64,000 nt of DNA from the human T2T-CHM13v2.0 reference genome, Homo sapiens. Where the stretch lies: the NCBI RefSeq assembly GCF_009914755.1, contig NC_060947.1; one strand, written 5' to 3'. A program made the position numbers and the translations under genes. Below are positions 30,803-43,310 of this stretch, piece after piece; position 1 is the stretch's first letter, and each line of letters starts with the position of its first letter. The notes beneath the pieces were generated by a model. It was not told the DNA's origin and made no database searches. It worked only from the letters and a program-made list of their open reading frames with translations.

Positions 30803-31645
30803 ACAATCATTACTAACCATAACAAGTAAACGTGAATAATTATTATTATCAAACTGGTAATCACAACTAGTTACTGGCACACTGAATAATCATGACTAAT
30901 TATTAGGCTAGTCTAATAAACATAACTAGTTATCGCAGTTGGTCACCAAAACTATTTGGTAAGTAGCAATAGCAGGTAACCAAAACTAATTAGCAGTCAC
31001 AGACTAATAAGCACAACTAGTTAGGCATCACACATAAATAGCCATGGCTAATTATCAGTCATAAACTAGTGACTATAGCTAGATAGTAATCACAAATTAT
31101 AAAAAGAAGTTTTTTGTTGCCAAACCTTTATCTATAACTACTTAGTAGTCGACTGGCAATCATGACTGGTTATTAGTTACTAACAGTTAATCATGACTAC
31201 TTAGTAGCCAAATTGGTGACTACAAATAGTAGTCAAAGCCAGTAATCATTACTTGTTAGTAGTCACAGACGGCTACCCATAATTGGTTAATAAACACATT
31301 CGGTAACACAAGCAGTTATTAGTTGAGATTGGTAACTACGGTTGGGTTAATAATCCCAAGTCATATTAATAACTAGTTAGCACTCATAAAAAGTAACCAA
31401 AACTAGTTAATAGTCACAACAAGTTAATATAGCTACTTGGTAGCTATTATGAATCTTTATATCCAAAGCCATGCTAACCATAACTAGTGATGTAACATGT
31501 TGGTAGTTATTACTAACCACAATTTACCATAACTAACCATAATTAACCATAGCTATAACTACCCATAATCATAAACTCATCTTAACCATAACCATGACTA
31601 ATGATAACTAACCATAACCATAGCTATAACCATAATCATAACTAT
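30803..31645. repeat. Degenerate ~31-bp tandem array (~19 units) grading into a TAACCA-rich tract
   Basis: Four consecutive units of exactly 31 nt at 30975-31098; consensus approximately GGTAAYCAYAACTAGTTAGTAGTCACAGACT. Confidence 0.85.
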
Positions 31646-31812
31646 TTAAAGCACAGAAACTGATGATATAGAAACTGACTAACAAACAAGTTTCTTAATT
31701 CTCCACATGTATTTAACATATGGTCTTGGGATATAGGAATGCAACTATGAGGGGAAAAAGAAAATATCTGGTGCTTTGGGAAGGGTGGAATATGAGTAGT
31801 GTTGTAAGCTTT

Positions 31813-32263
31813 TGTATTAGTTTCTTATTAGCACTGTAATAAATTATTGTAAACTTAGTGGCTTAAAATAATTTATTCTTTTGTAGTTCTAGACGTATAA
31901 AGAATAAATAAAAAATTTATTCTTTTGTAGTTCTAGACGTCAGAAATCTCAAAATCAAGTTGTTGGTAGGACTTTATTTCTTGCAGAGGGTCTAGGAAAG
32001 AGTCTGCCCCCTTGTCTTTTCCAGCTCTTTAAGGTTGCTTGCATTTCTTGGCTCATGACAACCTCCTCACATTGCTTCATCGTCTTGTTTCCATTTTCAT
32101 ATCTCCCACTGCAAACTCTGATTCTCCCTTATAAGGTCCCATGTGTACATTTACCTTAGGTAGATAATCCAGAACATTCTCCTCATCTCAAAATCCTTAA
32201 GCACATCTGCAAAGTTGATTTCATGATGTAAAGTAACATATTTATAGGTTTCAAGGATTAGGA
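31813..32263 (-). mobile_element. MLT1C/D-like MaLR LTR, cut by the MER4A1 insertion
   Basis: tgtattagtttc...aaacttagtggcttaaaa...ctcaaaatccttaa...ggattaggatg. Confidence 0.8.
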
Positions 32264-32711
32264 TGTTAAAGGAAAATACCTTGGGACCCCAAATCACTAA
32301 GCTAAAGGGAAAAGTCAAGCTGGGAACGGCTAAGGGCACACCTGCCTCCAATTCTATTCAAAGTTACCCCTCTGCTCATTGACATAAATGTATATCTGAT
32401 TGTCTCCTTTGAAAAGGCTAATCAGAAACTCAAAAGAATGCAACCATTTGTCTCTTATCTACCTATGACCTGGAAGGCCCCTCCCCATTTACAGTCGTCC
32501 CACCTTTCCAGACTGAAACAATGTTCATCTTACATATGTCAGTTAATGTCTTATGTTTCCCTAAAAGGTATAAAACCAAACTGTATTCTGACCACCTTGA
32601 GCACATGCCATCAGGACCTCCTGAGGCTGTGTCATGGGTACGCATCCTGAACCTTGACAAAATTAACTTTGTAACTTAACCGAGAACTGTCTCAGATTTT
32701 GGGGGTTCACA
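32264..32711 (+). mobile_element. MER4A1-like 5' LTR (ERV1)
   Basis: tgttaaaggaaaa...aagggaaaagtcaagctgggaac...ctgaccaccttg.gcacat...gttcaca. Confidence 0.88.
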
Positions 32712-32714
32712 TTT

Positions 32715-32732
32715 TGGTAACCATGAAGGGAT
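32715..32732 (+). promoter_or_regulatory. Primer-binding site, tRNA-Arg type (CpG-decayed)
   Basis: tggtaaccatgaaggga just after the LTR, compared with the expected TGGCGACCACGAAGGGA. Confidence 0.65.
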
Positions 32733-33650
32733 TTTGAGTGCAGTTACCCCTGACCTTTTACAAATCTCCTATCGGTGCTTGGTACCAGCCTGAGCTAACT
32801 TTATCGCTCAATCCAATAGGAAAATTTGCCGAGGTAGGGGACCATTCTCTTCAGAGAACTCATCTCCCAAAATTTGATCTCAATCTAAAGTTTATTTAGC
32901 TGTACAACTCCTTTTTCTGATGTTTTACTTGCTTTCAACACAAGGAAGGCAAGTTTTCTCTGCTTCCATGTCAATGGAAGGCAAGTAACTCCTTTATGGA
33001 GTTTGAGCTCACTTCCAACAGGGAAGATGAGAGGTTTTTTTTCCTGCTTCTAGGATGGTAGAGAGTAGTCTTCAGCCTGAGACCCATCCCTATGTAAGTA
33101 ACTAATTTGGGTTTGTCTTGGCTAAAGTTAAAATTAACAATCAGCTGGTCTTAATTTCTCCTTACCATGAAAGTGCTCAGTAATCATTTAAGTTGTGCCA
33201 TCATTTGTTTTGCTTAACTGTTTTTATGTTGTTTGTTTCTGTTTTAGTGGTTGTTTCAGTCTTTTTCCCATTGGGTTTGACCAACTCTATCCAACTTTAT
33301 CAAATCCAAAGAAAGTTTCAAATTATGAGGAAAGAGGCCTCTAAAGTGGCTAAATTTACCCCCCCCCCCACACACATACACACAAAAGTGGTATGGTGGT
33401 GGGAGAAAAATGGCCAGAAAAAAAAAAAAGGAAAGAAAAGATTTTTTATTTTGACTACTTAAGAGGCTTTATTTATAAAACAAGGCCACCTTTCTTGGCA
33501 GCCTAGTCAGGCCTAGCTAAAAGAACAATAGCTGTACTTCTTAAATATCAGCAATTTCTCCTAGCTGTAATACAGTAATGAGATTTAAAAAGATTTTTTT
33601 AAAGGAGCTCAATGGTTAAAAGTTAGCTTAATTAAAAGCTTACATCCAAG

Positions 33651-33651
<1 letters not shown>

Positions 33652-33692
<41 letters not shown>

Positions 33693-33702
33693 TTGTGTGT
33701 GT
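33652..33702. repeat. (TG)n microsatellite
   Basis: Read directly from the sequence. Confidence 0.95.
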
Positions 33703-34563
33703 TTGTATTTAAAAGGGCTTCCTATTTTTCTTTTGTTTTTTCCTTAGGACCTTGTCTTTTTTTGAGCAAATGTTTTTTTCTTCTTGGTTGACTGAATTCT
33801 GTTTTCTTCATTTACTTCTGCTGCCTCTCCTTTCTCTTGTACCTTCTGGCTGCATGAGGGATTTAAAATAGTTTGTAATAGCCTGGGCTTTCCTTAAAGA
33901 ATACGGAGAAAGCACCAGACTCTCTCTGGGCGAGAAACCTCAGTTTTTCTTTAAGGAACCCCAAGAATGTAAACAGACAAGTTCATCTCAGCCCTTAAAT
34001 TGCTTGATTTTGTATTGTGTTACCTAATTTTTTAACTAAAATAGTTATTGCAACAGAGGCTACTCTTAGGTTTTGAAAAAAGAATGTAGTTTAGAAACTT
34101 AGAAATGTCTTCATTAAAAAAAAAATCTAAGTGCACTGTAAAAGGATCAGTTTTATTATTCTGGCAGTTGTCAGCCCACACTGACTCCTGGGTCTCCAAA
34201 ATGGGAGAATTATGAGGTTCTGCCCAGAGTTCAGAGATCCAGTTAAAAGGTAGGTAGTCTCTATGTAAATAAAATTGGTCTCCTCATACAATCCTATGAT
34301 ACTACTGTCTATCCTATGATAGATTTCTATAATTTTATGTTTGATTTGGCATCCATCTTTAGTCTCCTTCTAGCACCATCAGACATTTTCTTCCTGTATC
34401 TTGAGATGCAAATTTTGCTATGCGATTTTTCGTCTCAGAGTTGTTTCATTCAATATTCAAATTTAAAGCTATTTGGCTGACAACTGCCAGGGTAATAAAA
34501 CTGAGTTTCAGTAGTTTGCAGTTCTAAAATGGAATAAAAAAGGTCTTAAAAATTAAAAAAATG

Positions 34564-34854
<291 letters not shown>

Positions 34855-35559
34855 CTATAAAATGTATTTCTATTAGTATGTCTAATATAACTATGTATTT
34901 TTGTGTTGTGTACAAAATGTTTCACTACTAAAAATATAAAAAAGAGCTGTAATTAGCTTTAAAAAAGGATTTAAATCAAATACTTTATTAAGAAAAAAGA
35001 CTAGCCAAATGTTTTTTCAAGTTTATGTAACTTAAGTAAAATTTTTAGTAAATAAGCTAGCTTTAAAATTATTGATAAAGTAATATTAGAAACGTCTTGA
35101 GAATCGCCAGCATACATTTTGTTTGCATTTCTGAATCAAGGAATTTCATACTTATCTCTGCCAAATACTATAAGGCGTCAAAATTTGGCATAGAATTTAC
35201 AAAACCATAAACCCAGCCCAAAACAGAATGATCTTTGCTCGTGTAATTTTTAATAAATAAGACATTAATATTGGTTTAATGAAAATAGCTACATCTTTCA
35301 TTTAGTAAGGTTACCATAACTTCTAAACTTGTGGCTTTAAACAGTCTACTCCACAGGTAGTAAGGAGATTGTTTGGTGAAAGGACTATTGTCATCTTTGT
35401 TTCAAAGCTAAACTATAAGTTCCTACCAAAGTTAGTTCAGCCTATGCCCAGAAATGAACAAGGACAGCTTAGAGGTTAGAAGCAAGATGGAATCAGTTAG
35501 ATCAGATTTTTTTTTCACTGTCTCATTTATAATTTTGCAGTGGTGTGTTCCATAGCTTT

Positions 35560-35861
35560 ATTACTATGATTATTTTTGAGATGGAGTTTCACTCTTGTCA
35601 CCCAGGCTGGAGTGCAGTAGCATGATCTCGGCTCACTACAACCTCCATTTCTCAGATTCAAGCGGTTCTTCTGCTTCAGCCTCCTAAGTAGCTGGAACTA
35701 CAGGCATGTGCCATCATGCCTGTCTAGTTTTTTATATTTCTAGTAGAGATGGGATTTCACCATATTGACCAGGCTGGTCTTGAAGTCCTGACCTCAGGTG
35801 ATCCACCTGCCTAAGCCTCCCAAATTGTTGGGATTACAGGCATAAGCCACCATACCCGGCC
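35560..35861 (-). mobile_element. AluS (Sq/Sx-like)
   Basis: Antisense dimer; TSD tgtgttccatagcttt / tgtgtttcataacttt. Confidence 0.92.
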
Positions 35862-37834
35862 ATGTGTTTCATAACTTTAAATGATGACTATCACAGTCTT
35901 CATAAATAATCTAGGTAAATGATTAAAATAAAATAAGTAAATGTAATGAGATAAATACTTGTGGACAAACTTGTCATAATTTAGAATATAAAGTTATATT
36001 AAATTAAATAACAGATATTTCATTATTTGGGTATTTTCCAATAAAAATCTGTTGTAGAAAAACATTCTGAAAAAAGGTGTGTCCTTTTTAAAAGGGTGAA
36101 CAACTTTGACTAATTCAAAGCTTATTTAAAGGTTACATATAAAACAAGGTAAAAGGAACTAGGAAATAAGAGAGATGTACATAAAGTTATAAAAATAAAA
36201 GGTTACTTTGGGAAGAAAACTTACAGAGATATAATTTTATATGAGAAAGAATCTTGTGTAGTGAATTTAGTCCTAGAGTAAAATGTCTGGTCGTTTAAGA
36301 AAAAGGGATGTTCAAGACAAACCAGAAAGTCCAACCATGTCATGAACGTTCTGTTTAAGTCAAAATATGATTATTTATTTCAAAAACTCAAAAACTATTA
36401 TATAATCAAGTTGTCATATTATTATTAAGTTTTGGTTTGCTTAGGAAAAAAACTGATTCAACTTTTTTTTAACGAATGTTATTACATCTGCGTAACTCTC
36501 TGTTTTAAATCCTTGTGACATTGAGTTATAAGGCTTTGACTCCTGAGTCTAAAAGAACACTAAGTCCTGGTAAATTTTAAACACTAACAGCAACTAAAGC
36601 CCTATCTTCATGCCCGGTAGAAGATGCCAATAAAAATAAACTGCATCCCTGAAACACAGGGCTAGAAATTAAAGCTATTCAACTTCCTCAAGGCCCAGGA
36701 AATATCTCAGAAGAGGTGGGTGTGTGAGATTGTAAGGGCTGATTTTATCAGAAAAAAATAAGTTCAATTCCTCTATAAATTAATAATTAATGTCAAAAAC
36801 ACACTGATGGAAGACCATCATATGGGCCCCTGTGTCAGATTAACAAGGTTTTATTGAAGTATTAACCAACTCCTTAATAAAGGTTATAAAGGTTATAAAA
36901 AGATTATGGAAGTTATAGCTTATGGTTAAGATTAAGAGTTTATAGGTTGTTTATAAAATTTTGGAAAATAAATTCAATTGACTTTATGCTGATATTATTA
37001 TGGCTTATTGTTTGTAAAATGAAGTTTCCTCTTAAAGAGTGAAGGTTTTTGCTGTTTTTGAAATCCTTGAGTTATTAACTTTGGTCAAATTAATGACTTA
37101 TTTTACAATAACCTGTGATATTAAGTGTTTTAAGCCTTGGATATTTGACAAAATTTCCAAAATCAAATTATAAATTATGTCTTTTTCTGACCTAATTAAT
37201 CCTTTAAAATATTAAGTTCCCTAAAGTTCAAAAATGACATAATTTGGCTTATTTGGTATAAAAATTATACAGGAAGCATTGTCAAATATGAAATGGTGTT
37301 TGCTTTCCTTTGGACTGTATTTGTATAAATATGTTATTGATATATGTTCCCAAATCATGGGAAGATCCTGTAATTCTAATATAACATAGTGTATATTATC
37401 AGTAATAATTATAATTGTTATGTTAAATTATTATGTGCCACAGAGGTAAAAATTTCCTTGTCAATTCTGTCTTTGACTATGCCTACCCTAAAACTTTTGT
37501 CATCCACAGACAGTTGTTTTCTTGTTTTGGTCCTCTTTAGAGGGTGGTTTCATAATCAGCTAGAAAACTCTAACAGATGCTCTTGAATGCAGGTTTCTGA
37601 TAGTTTTGGAAATTGTAATATCAGAAAAGAGAAAAAACTTTTGGGACTCACCAACAGCTGAAATGTTCTTGAATATCAAGCAGAAAAGCAATTAACTGCA
37701 TGAAGTGAACTAATAAAAGACTGAAGTAATCTTTTTAACTTTTTGCTTAAAACATTGCTGATCCTTTGTTTTGTTTTTTCATGGTCAAGGAAACTTTTTT
37801 TGAAAAGTATTTCTTGGCGCAGAAAGGCAGAAAA

Positions 37835-37965
37835 GTATATATGTGTATATATATTATATATATATTTATACATATATACCTTTTATATATAAACAGTATA
37901 TATATACTTTTATATATATATATACACCATATATATGCCTTTTATTTTATATATATATATATAGT
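37835..37965. repeat. Interrupted (TA)n microsatellite
   Basis: Read directly from the sequence. Confidence 0.9.
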
Positions 37966-39183
37966 TTAAATATTTTTAGTAGCTCACAATGAGGGGTGGA
38001 CAGTAGATAAGAACAAAGAGTTTATTCCATGTAAACAGTACCTCTCTCTTCATGGAACCACCTTGAATTGTGTTGTCTGTGTAGCTTCCCTGGGATCAGT
38101 TAAGCAAAAATAGAAATGGTTAAAGACATGCTAATCATGCTGATTAGAAGAAATAGATTATTAAAGGGAATGTGGTCTGCTGCTCAACCAAGTCAGAGTG
38201 AGTTATTTCTCACTCAATTCTGACTGGTTTAGGAGATATCTTAATAACTGCTGGATAAGTTTCTCTGAAAATGTGAAAAATCATATATCTGGTGACTTTT
38301 TTCCACTCACATTATCTTGACTCTCCCTCTATAACTTTTTTTTTTCATGAACATTATCTCACCCACAGATGACAGGTAGGCTTGGTATCTAGGATGAAAT
38401 CATCTTATACCTACTGAGGTAAGTTTGTAGCAATGTTATTTTAGAGCTAGGTGGCTACATTTTATGACATTATGTCCTGACTCCTGGAATGGGGTTGGGA
38501 ACAACATGAAATTTAGAAGCTACTGTTAGGTGTACCTAGGAAATGGCCTGGTTGTTCCAATTGTGCCCTTGGATTAAGAGCATCATATCAAATAAAGCAA
38601 TCACAGAGTTGTAAACATAAGCCCTCTCATAGGTTCAGAGCAGGAACTCTCAATTGCTTGTTACTAGATAGGACATAGGGAGGATGAGTGATAGATAGCT
38701 AACGACAGAACTATGGCCTAGAGGAAAGAAACCATATTTGAAAATACAAGTGGGGAATGATGCTTAGTAATCCTGTGTGTTGTGATGGCCTTTGTGGGGA
38801 TGGACTGATGAGGCGAGAAGAAAGCAGGGTCTTCCTGAACCTACTCGTGAAGCCGTAGGCATTCTTGACATTTCCACCCTTGTGACAGCTGGTGGAAGTT
38901 AAAGAAATCACAGATTAAAAACAAACAACAACAACAAAACAGAAGTGACTTGTGAATACCTGGCAACATTTCTTTTTGTTGCATAAGTGCAAAAATAGAA
39001 CTGTGAATAATGAATAGAAATGAAAAGTAATTACATATCCAGCACAAGGAACAATAAGTTACTCCAAAAATGGAAATGACTACTTTACACAGTTGTGAGC
39101 TAACTGCCATTGGAAGTGTTTAAGCAAAGACTACCAATAATTATCAGTGATGCTATACATTTGTTGAGTGGTTGGATGGATGG

Positions 39184-39589
39184 CTTATTAGTTTGTTCTC
39201 ATACTGCTGTAAAGAAATACCCGAGACTGGGTAATTTATGAGAGGTTTAATTGGCTCATGGTTCTGCAGGCTGTACAGAAAGCATGATGCTGGCATCTGC
39301 TCAGCTTCTGAGGAGGCCTTAGGAAACTTGGAATCATCCTGGAACGTGAAGGGGAAGCAGGTTTGTCTTACATGGCTGGAGCTGAAGGAAGAGTGGGGAG
39401 GTGCCATATACTTTTAAACAGCCAGATCTCCTGAGAATTCACTCGCTATACAATACCAAGGGAAGATGGTGGTAAACCATTAAAAATTGCCCCCATGATT
39501 CAATCACCTCCCATCATGCCCCATCTCTGACACTGGGGATTAAAATTTGACATGAGATTTGGGCGGGGACACAGATTCAAACCATATGA
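39184..39589 (-). mobile_element. MSTA-like MaLR solo LTR
   Basis: gagactgggtaatttat...gaggtttaattggctcatggttctgcaggctgtac...catgagatttgggcggggacaca. Confidence 0.9.
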
Positions 39590-39699
39590 TATATCCTTCT
39601 TACTCTAAGACAATACAATTTTGAGGAATATACCTGATGAAAATAATTAAATAATGGATTCAATTAAAGCATCAATACAATAACCACTAAAGAGAATCC

Positions 39700-40125
39700 A
39701 TGTTTCTACAGTCCATAGTCTATTTTCAGTCCTCTTGTTATTTGATTTTTTAGGAGCAGTGGACACAGTTGATTACTCTCTAATTCCTGAAATACTATAT
39801 TCACCTGACTTCTGGGAAACCACTCTCCCCTGGACTTCCTCTCATTTTTCTGATTGTTCCTTCTCAGGATCTTTCTGAATTCTCCTCAACTCTCCATCTT
39901 GCAAGCATTGAAGTGCCCCAGCACTAAGTTTTGGGTGTCTCTTTTCTACTTACAGTAACTCCCTTAGTGACTTCATCTAGGATCATGGTGTTAAATGCCA
40001 TATATATTATGACTCTTAGATTTATATCTCCTGTCCAGACCTTGCTCTGAACTCATGACTCATGTATTCAGCTGTTTACTGAGCATCTCCAAATGCATGT
40101 CTTAGATATCTCAAAAGGAATGTGT
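39700..40125 (+). mobile_element. L2a ORF2 fragment
   Basis: gacacagttgattactctc...gtgccccag...atttatatctcc.gtccagacct. Confidence 0.8.
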
Positions 40126-40127
40126 TT

Positions 40128-40545
40128 TTCCACTTCCAGCAATATGGACTACCCATAATTTTCATTATTCATTACACTAAGCGCAGCTGAAAACCCTTGT
40201 CGTTATATATATATATATATACACAGATTAGGAAGGCTCTAAAAGGTAGAGAAAAGAAGACAGAGCTATTAGGAACTTCGGGATGTGAAGAGGTGATACC
40301 TGGAAACATCAACAGGAGCAAACAACAATCAAAAAGTCTTAACAGAAGTCTGTCCTCTCTAGCAAAAGGACCAGGAAAATGACAGCCTAGCAAGATAGAA
40401 AAGATTTAGGTAATATTCATTCTATTTTAGCCAAATGTCACAAGAAAATCCTGTGGCCCCACTCTATCCACTTAAGCAAAGGCCAAGTGAGGAGCCTAGA
40501 GTTCAATCCTCAGGAGAACATAATGAGGCTCCCTAACACACCGAT
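40128..40545 (+). mobile_element. Old L1 5' UTR fragment (L1MCa-like)
   Basis: ctctctagcaaaaggaccaggaaa...cagcctagcaagatagaaaa...ctgtggcccca...gcaaaggccaagtg. Confidence 0.65.
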
Positions 40546-41193
40546 AGAGAATGAGAAAAAAATTGTCTAATATTCTCTTGACTCTCTCTAGCTATATAGC
40601 CAAACACCCATGCTTTCTGTGGTTCAAGCCCCAGGTCCCAACGTGAGTTTCAACAATAAATTTCCTTAGCGGTGACAGAAAAGAGATATGAATAATTTTT
40701 GAATAATGCAACAAAATTCAGACATCTAAATTTTATTCTCTTCCAGGTAATCAATACGGCCATCTCCTCAACTTATTCTCATGTTTCTGGCAATGCTTCA
40801 GTCACCCTTGAAGTTTTTTTTCATCTTTTACAATTATCTTGTGAGCAAATGATAAACCACTTTTTATTGTTTTAATAAAGTTTCTATCAACAGACAAACA
40901 GATAAATCTTTTTAAATATCCTTGGTGTTGATAAATATTTATCCTAGAAACTATGCTTGAATATTTAGAAATTCTAAATTGGATTTAGAATTCAATATGC
41001 TGAATCATATAGGAGCTCAAACTGAATAATGCATCCGTGGATCAAAAACATGGTATTACCAGAAAATAATAATGGATTTTTGGCTCTGACTACACTTTCA
41101 AAAAGGAAGTTTTGAAAAGGTTCACAGCATATGAGTGTAGTTTTTCAAAACAACTGTTTTGAAGAGGACAGTATTTCTTTTCTTTGTGGGTAC

Positions 41194-41323
41194 TGTGTGT
41201 GTGTGTGCGCGCGTGTGTGTGCGTGTGTGTGTGTGCGTGTGTGTGCGTGTGTGCGCGTGTGTGTGCGTGTGTGCGTGTGCATGTGTGTGTGCATGTGTGC
41301 GTGTGTGCGTGTGTGTGTGTGTG
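41194..41323. repeat. Compound (TG/CG)n alternating purine-pyrimidine tract, ~130 bp
   Basis: tgtgtgtgcgcgcgtgtgtgtgcgtg... Confidence 0.95.
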
Positions 41324-43209
41324 TTTTAAGCTCCTTTATTACACATTTACAGTTTCCTTGCGAGTTTCTTCGTTGCACCAAAGCTTTCAACATCTGTACA
41401 CAAGAAAAGACACTGTGTTTGGAAAGAATGAGCCCTGTTATGAGAAAACTTCTTTCAAGATTTCCACAGTTTTCAATTTCCTTTTTTAGCTAACTTTTGT
41501 CTACATACATAGGCGTACAGAAAGTGACATAAACAATTTCGTGTACATATCATTTCTGAATATCTGGTATTTGAACAATTTTGCAATGCTTGAATATATG
41601 TATGCACTCTTTGAAAATCATTATCTCTTATTTGTGTCTAGAATCTGTAGCCAGTAGTACTGCTTTTTAGATAAGCAGTACGATTCATGAAAATCTTGTT
41701 TCCTAACATTGTTCCTATAAATAAAATGTTGGTTGACACAGATTCATAAAGTATTTGGTAATTCTTTGTTGACTGCTCCCTTATGGCTAGATAGGACAGA
41801 ATTTCTTTCTTCTGACCAGGAGAGGGCACTGGTGTTTCTTGAGTCAGCAGCTCCAGGGTAGAGAGCTAAGGGAATTTAGAGAGGTGTTTTCTTCATTTCT
41901 AGCACTCTAGCTACTTTTTTTGTTGTTGTGAAACTTGCATTCATAATACATATGAATAGCTTAACAGGAGAGCTTGACAGGAGCTAGGAATCCATTAACA
42001 GTACTTCTGTGTGTCAATTATAAGGAAGACCTTTTGCTTGACTTTAAGAGCTCAGCCATCTACACATTTGCCAGAGTGGAAATCAGGTTAGATCTCAGAG
42101 GCTCCCTGACTTTGTGCCTTGTTTGGGAGGGATTGAGAAAAGTGTCTGGGAAAACTTGCCTTAACTGGACTAAATGGCAAGAGGCATCAGAGTACTTTAG
42201 AAAGAAAATAAATTGTAAGTGCCTAAAGTATTCTACATGCTCTGAGTATTTAACTACAGTGCTTTTTTTTTTCTTAATACGTGGTCATTTGGAGTCACTG
42301 GTCTGAGTTCAGATAAGCACTTTTTAGGCTCAGCTGGGAACTTATTAGGTGAGAAAGCTGAGATTCTGTTTTAAAAAGTCACCCTTCTGTGCTTCAGATG
42401 TTACACTTATTGCTTAGCACCATGTTTCTAAGTGGGTGCAAAAATCAGAATGTGCTTTATTTGACTGCTGTTATTAACCCAGTGGAAAGACTCTTGCATT
42501 TCAGACAATGGAGAATTATTAAGGTCAACTCAGGGTGTACGTGTAGCAGGCAAATGGTCAGCTGGTGAAATTCATGGGGAAAAATCCTACATTTTTTCTT
42601 ATTGTTAAAATCACCCCTTTAAAGAACTCTTTCTCCAAAATTGTCCTGTGAAAATGCAAATATTTGACTCAGGAGAAATACATTAACAGTTTAGTTAACT
42701 AAAGATATGTTTTATTTTATTTTATTTATTTATTTACTTATTTTTTTGTGGGGGAAACGCAGAAGGCAATGCGTTTGGAGCACAGAACACTGCATGGAGT
42801 CTTAAGGCCTAGGAGGCTTAGTAGACTCTGGGCAGCCTGATGTAGCAGGGACAGATTTGATGCCTAGTGATAGATCTGAGGTATTGGTCAGGAGAAAGCC
42901 CAAGGTAAATTTTGTTTATACTTGTCCAGGCTTCCCCGACAACTGCTCCTGTACAGCACCACCTTTTGGGTACTATCCAATGCAATTTTAGATTTTTTGA
43001 AACTTAGGTTATTGACGATGATTTCAATTATGGTCCATTTCTGAGTAAAGAATTTAAATTTCGACTTGTCCTTCCTGATTTCAACGGGGCTTTTAAATGT
43101 TATTAAAGTATAAGTAAATACCATGTAAATGAAATTATATATAGAGTAAATGAATGTCATACTAATTAGAACACTATATAACTTGCTATATTATTAATTA
43201 CTATATTAT

Positions 43210-43310
43210 TACTATCTTTATAAACTATATTACCTGTCCTACCTACCTCACTGAGATGTCATAGGGTCACATGAAAGAATGAATATGAATACACTGACAA
43301 ATAAAAATTA
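43210..43310 (+). mobile_element. MIR fragment
   Basis: acctacctcactgagatgtcatagggtcacatgaaagaatgaatatgaa. Confidence 0.55.

Noticed and set aside
30803-31645. Possible CRISPR-like repeat-spacer array
   Set aside because: Units are contiguous and degenerate, with no invariant repeats or unique spacers, no cas genes, and the DNA is primate.
41131-41493. VC/HT-repeat ORFs
   Set aside because: Translation of the (TG)n tract.
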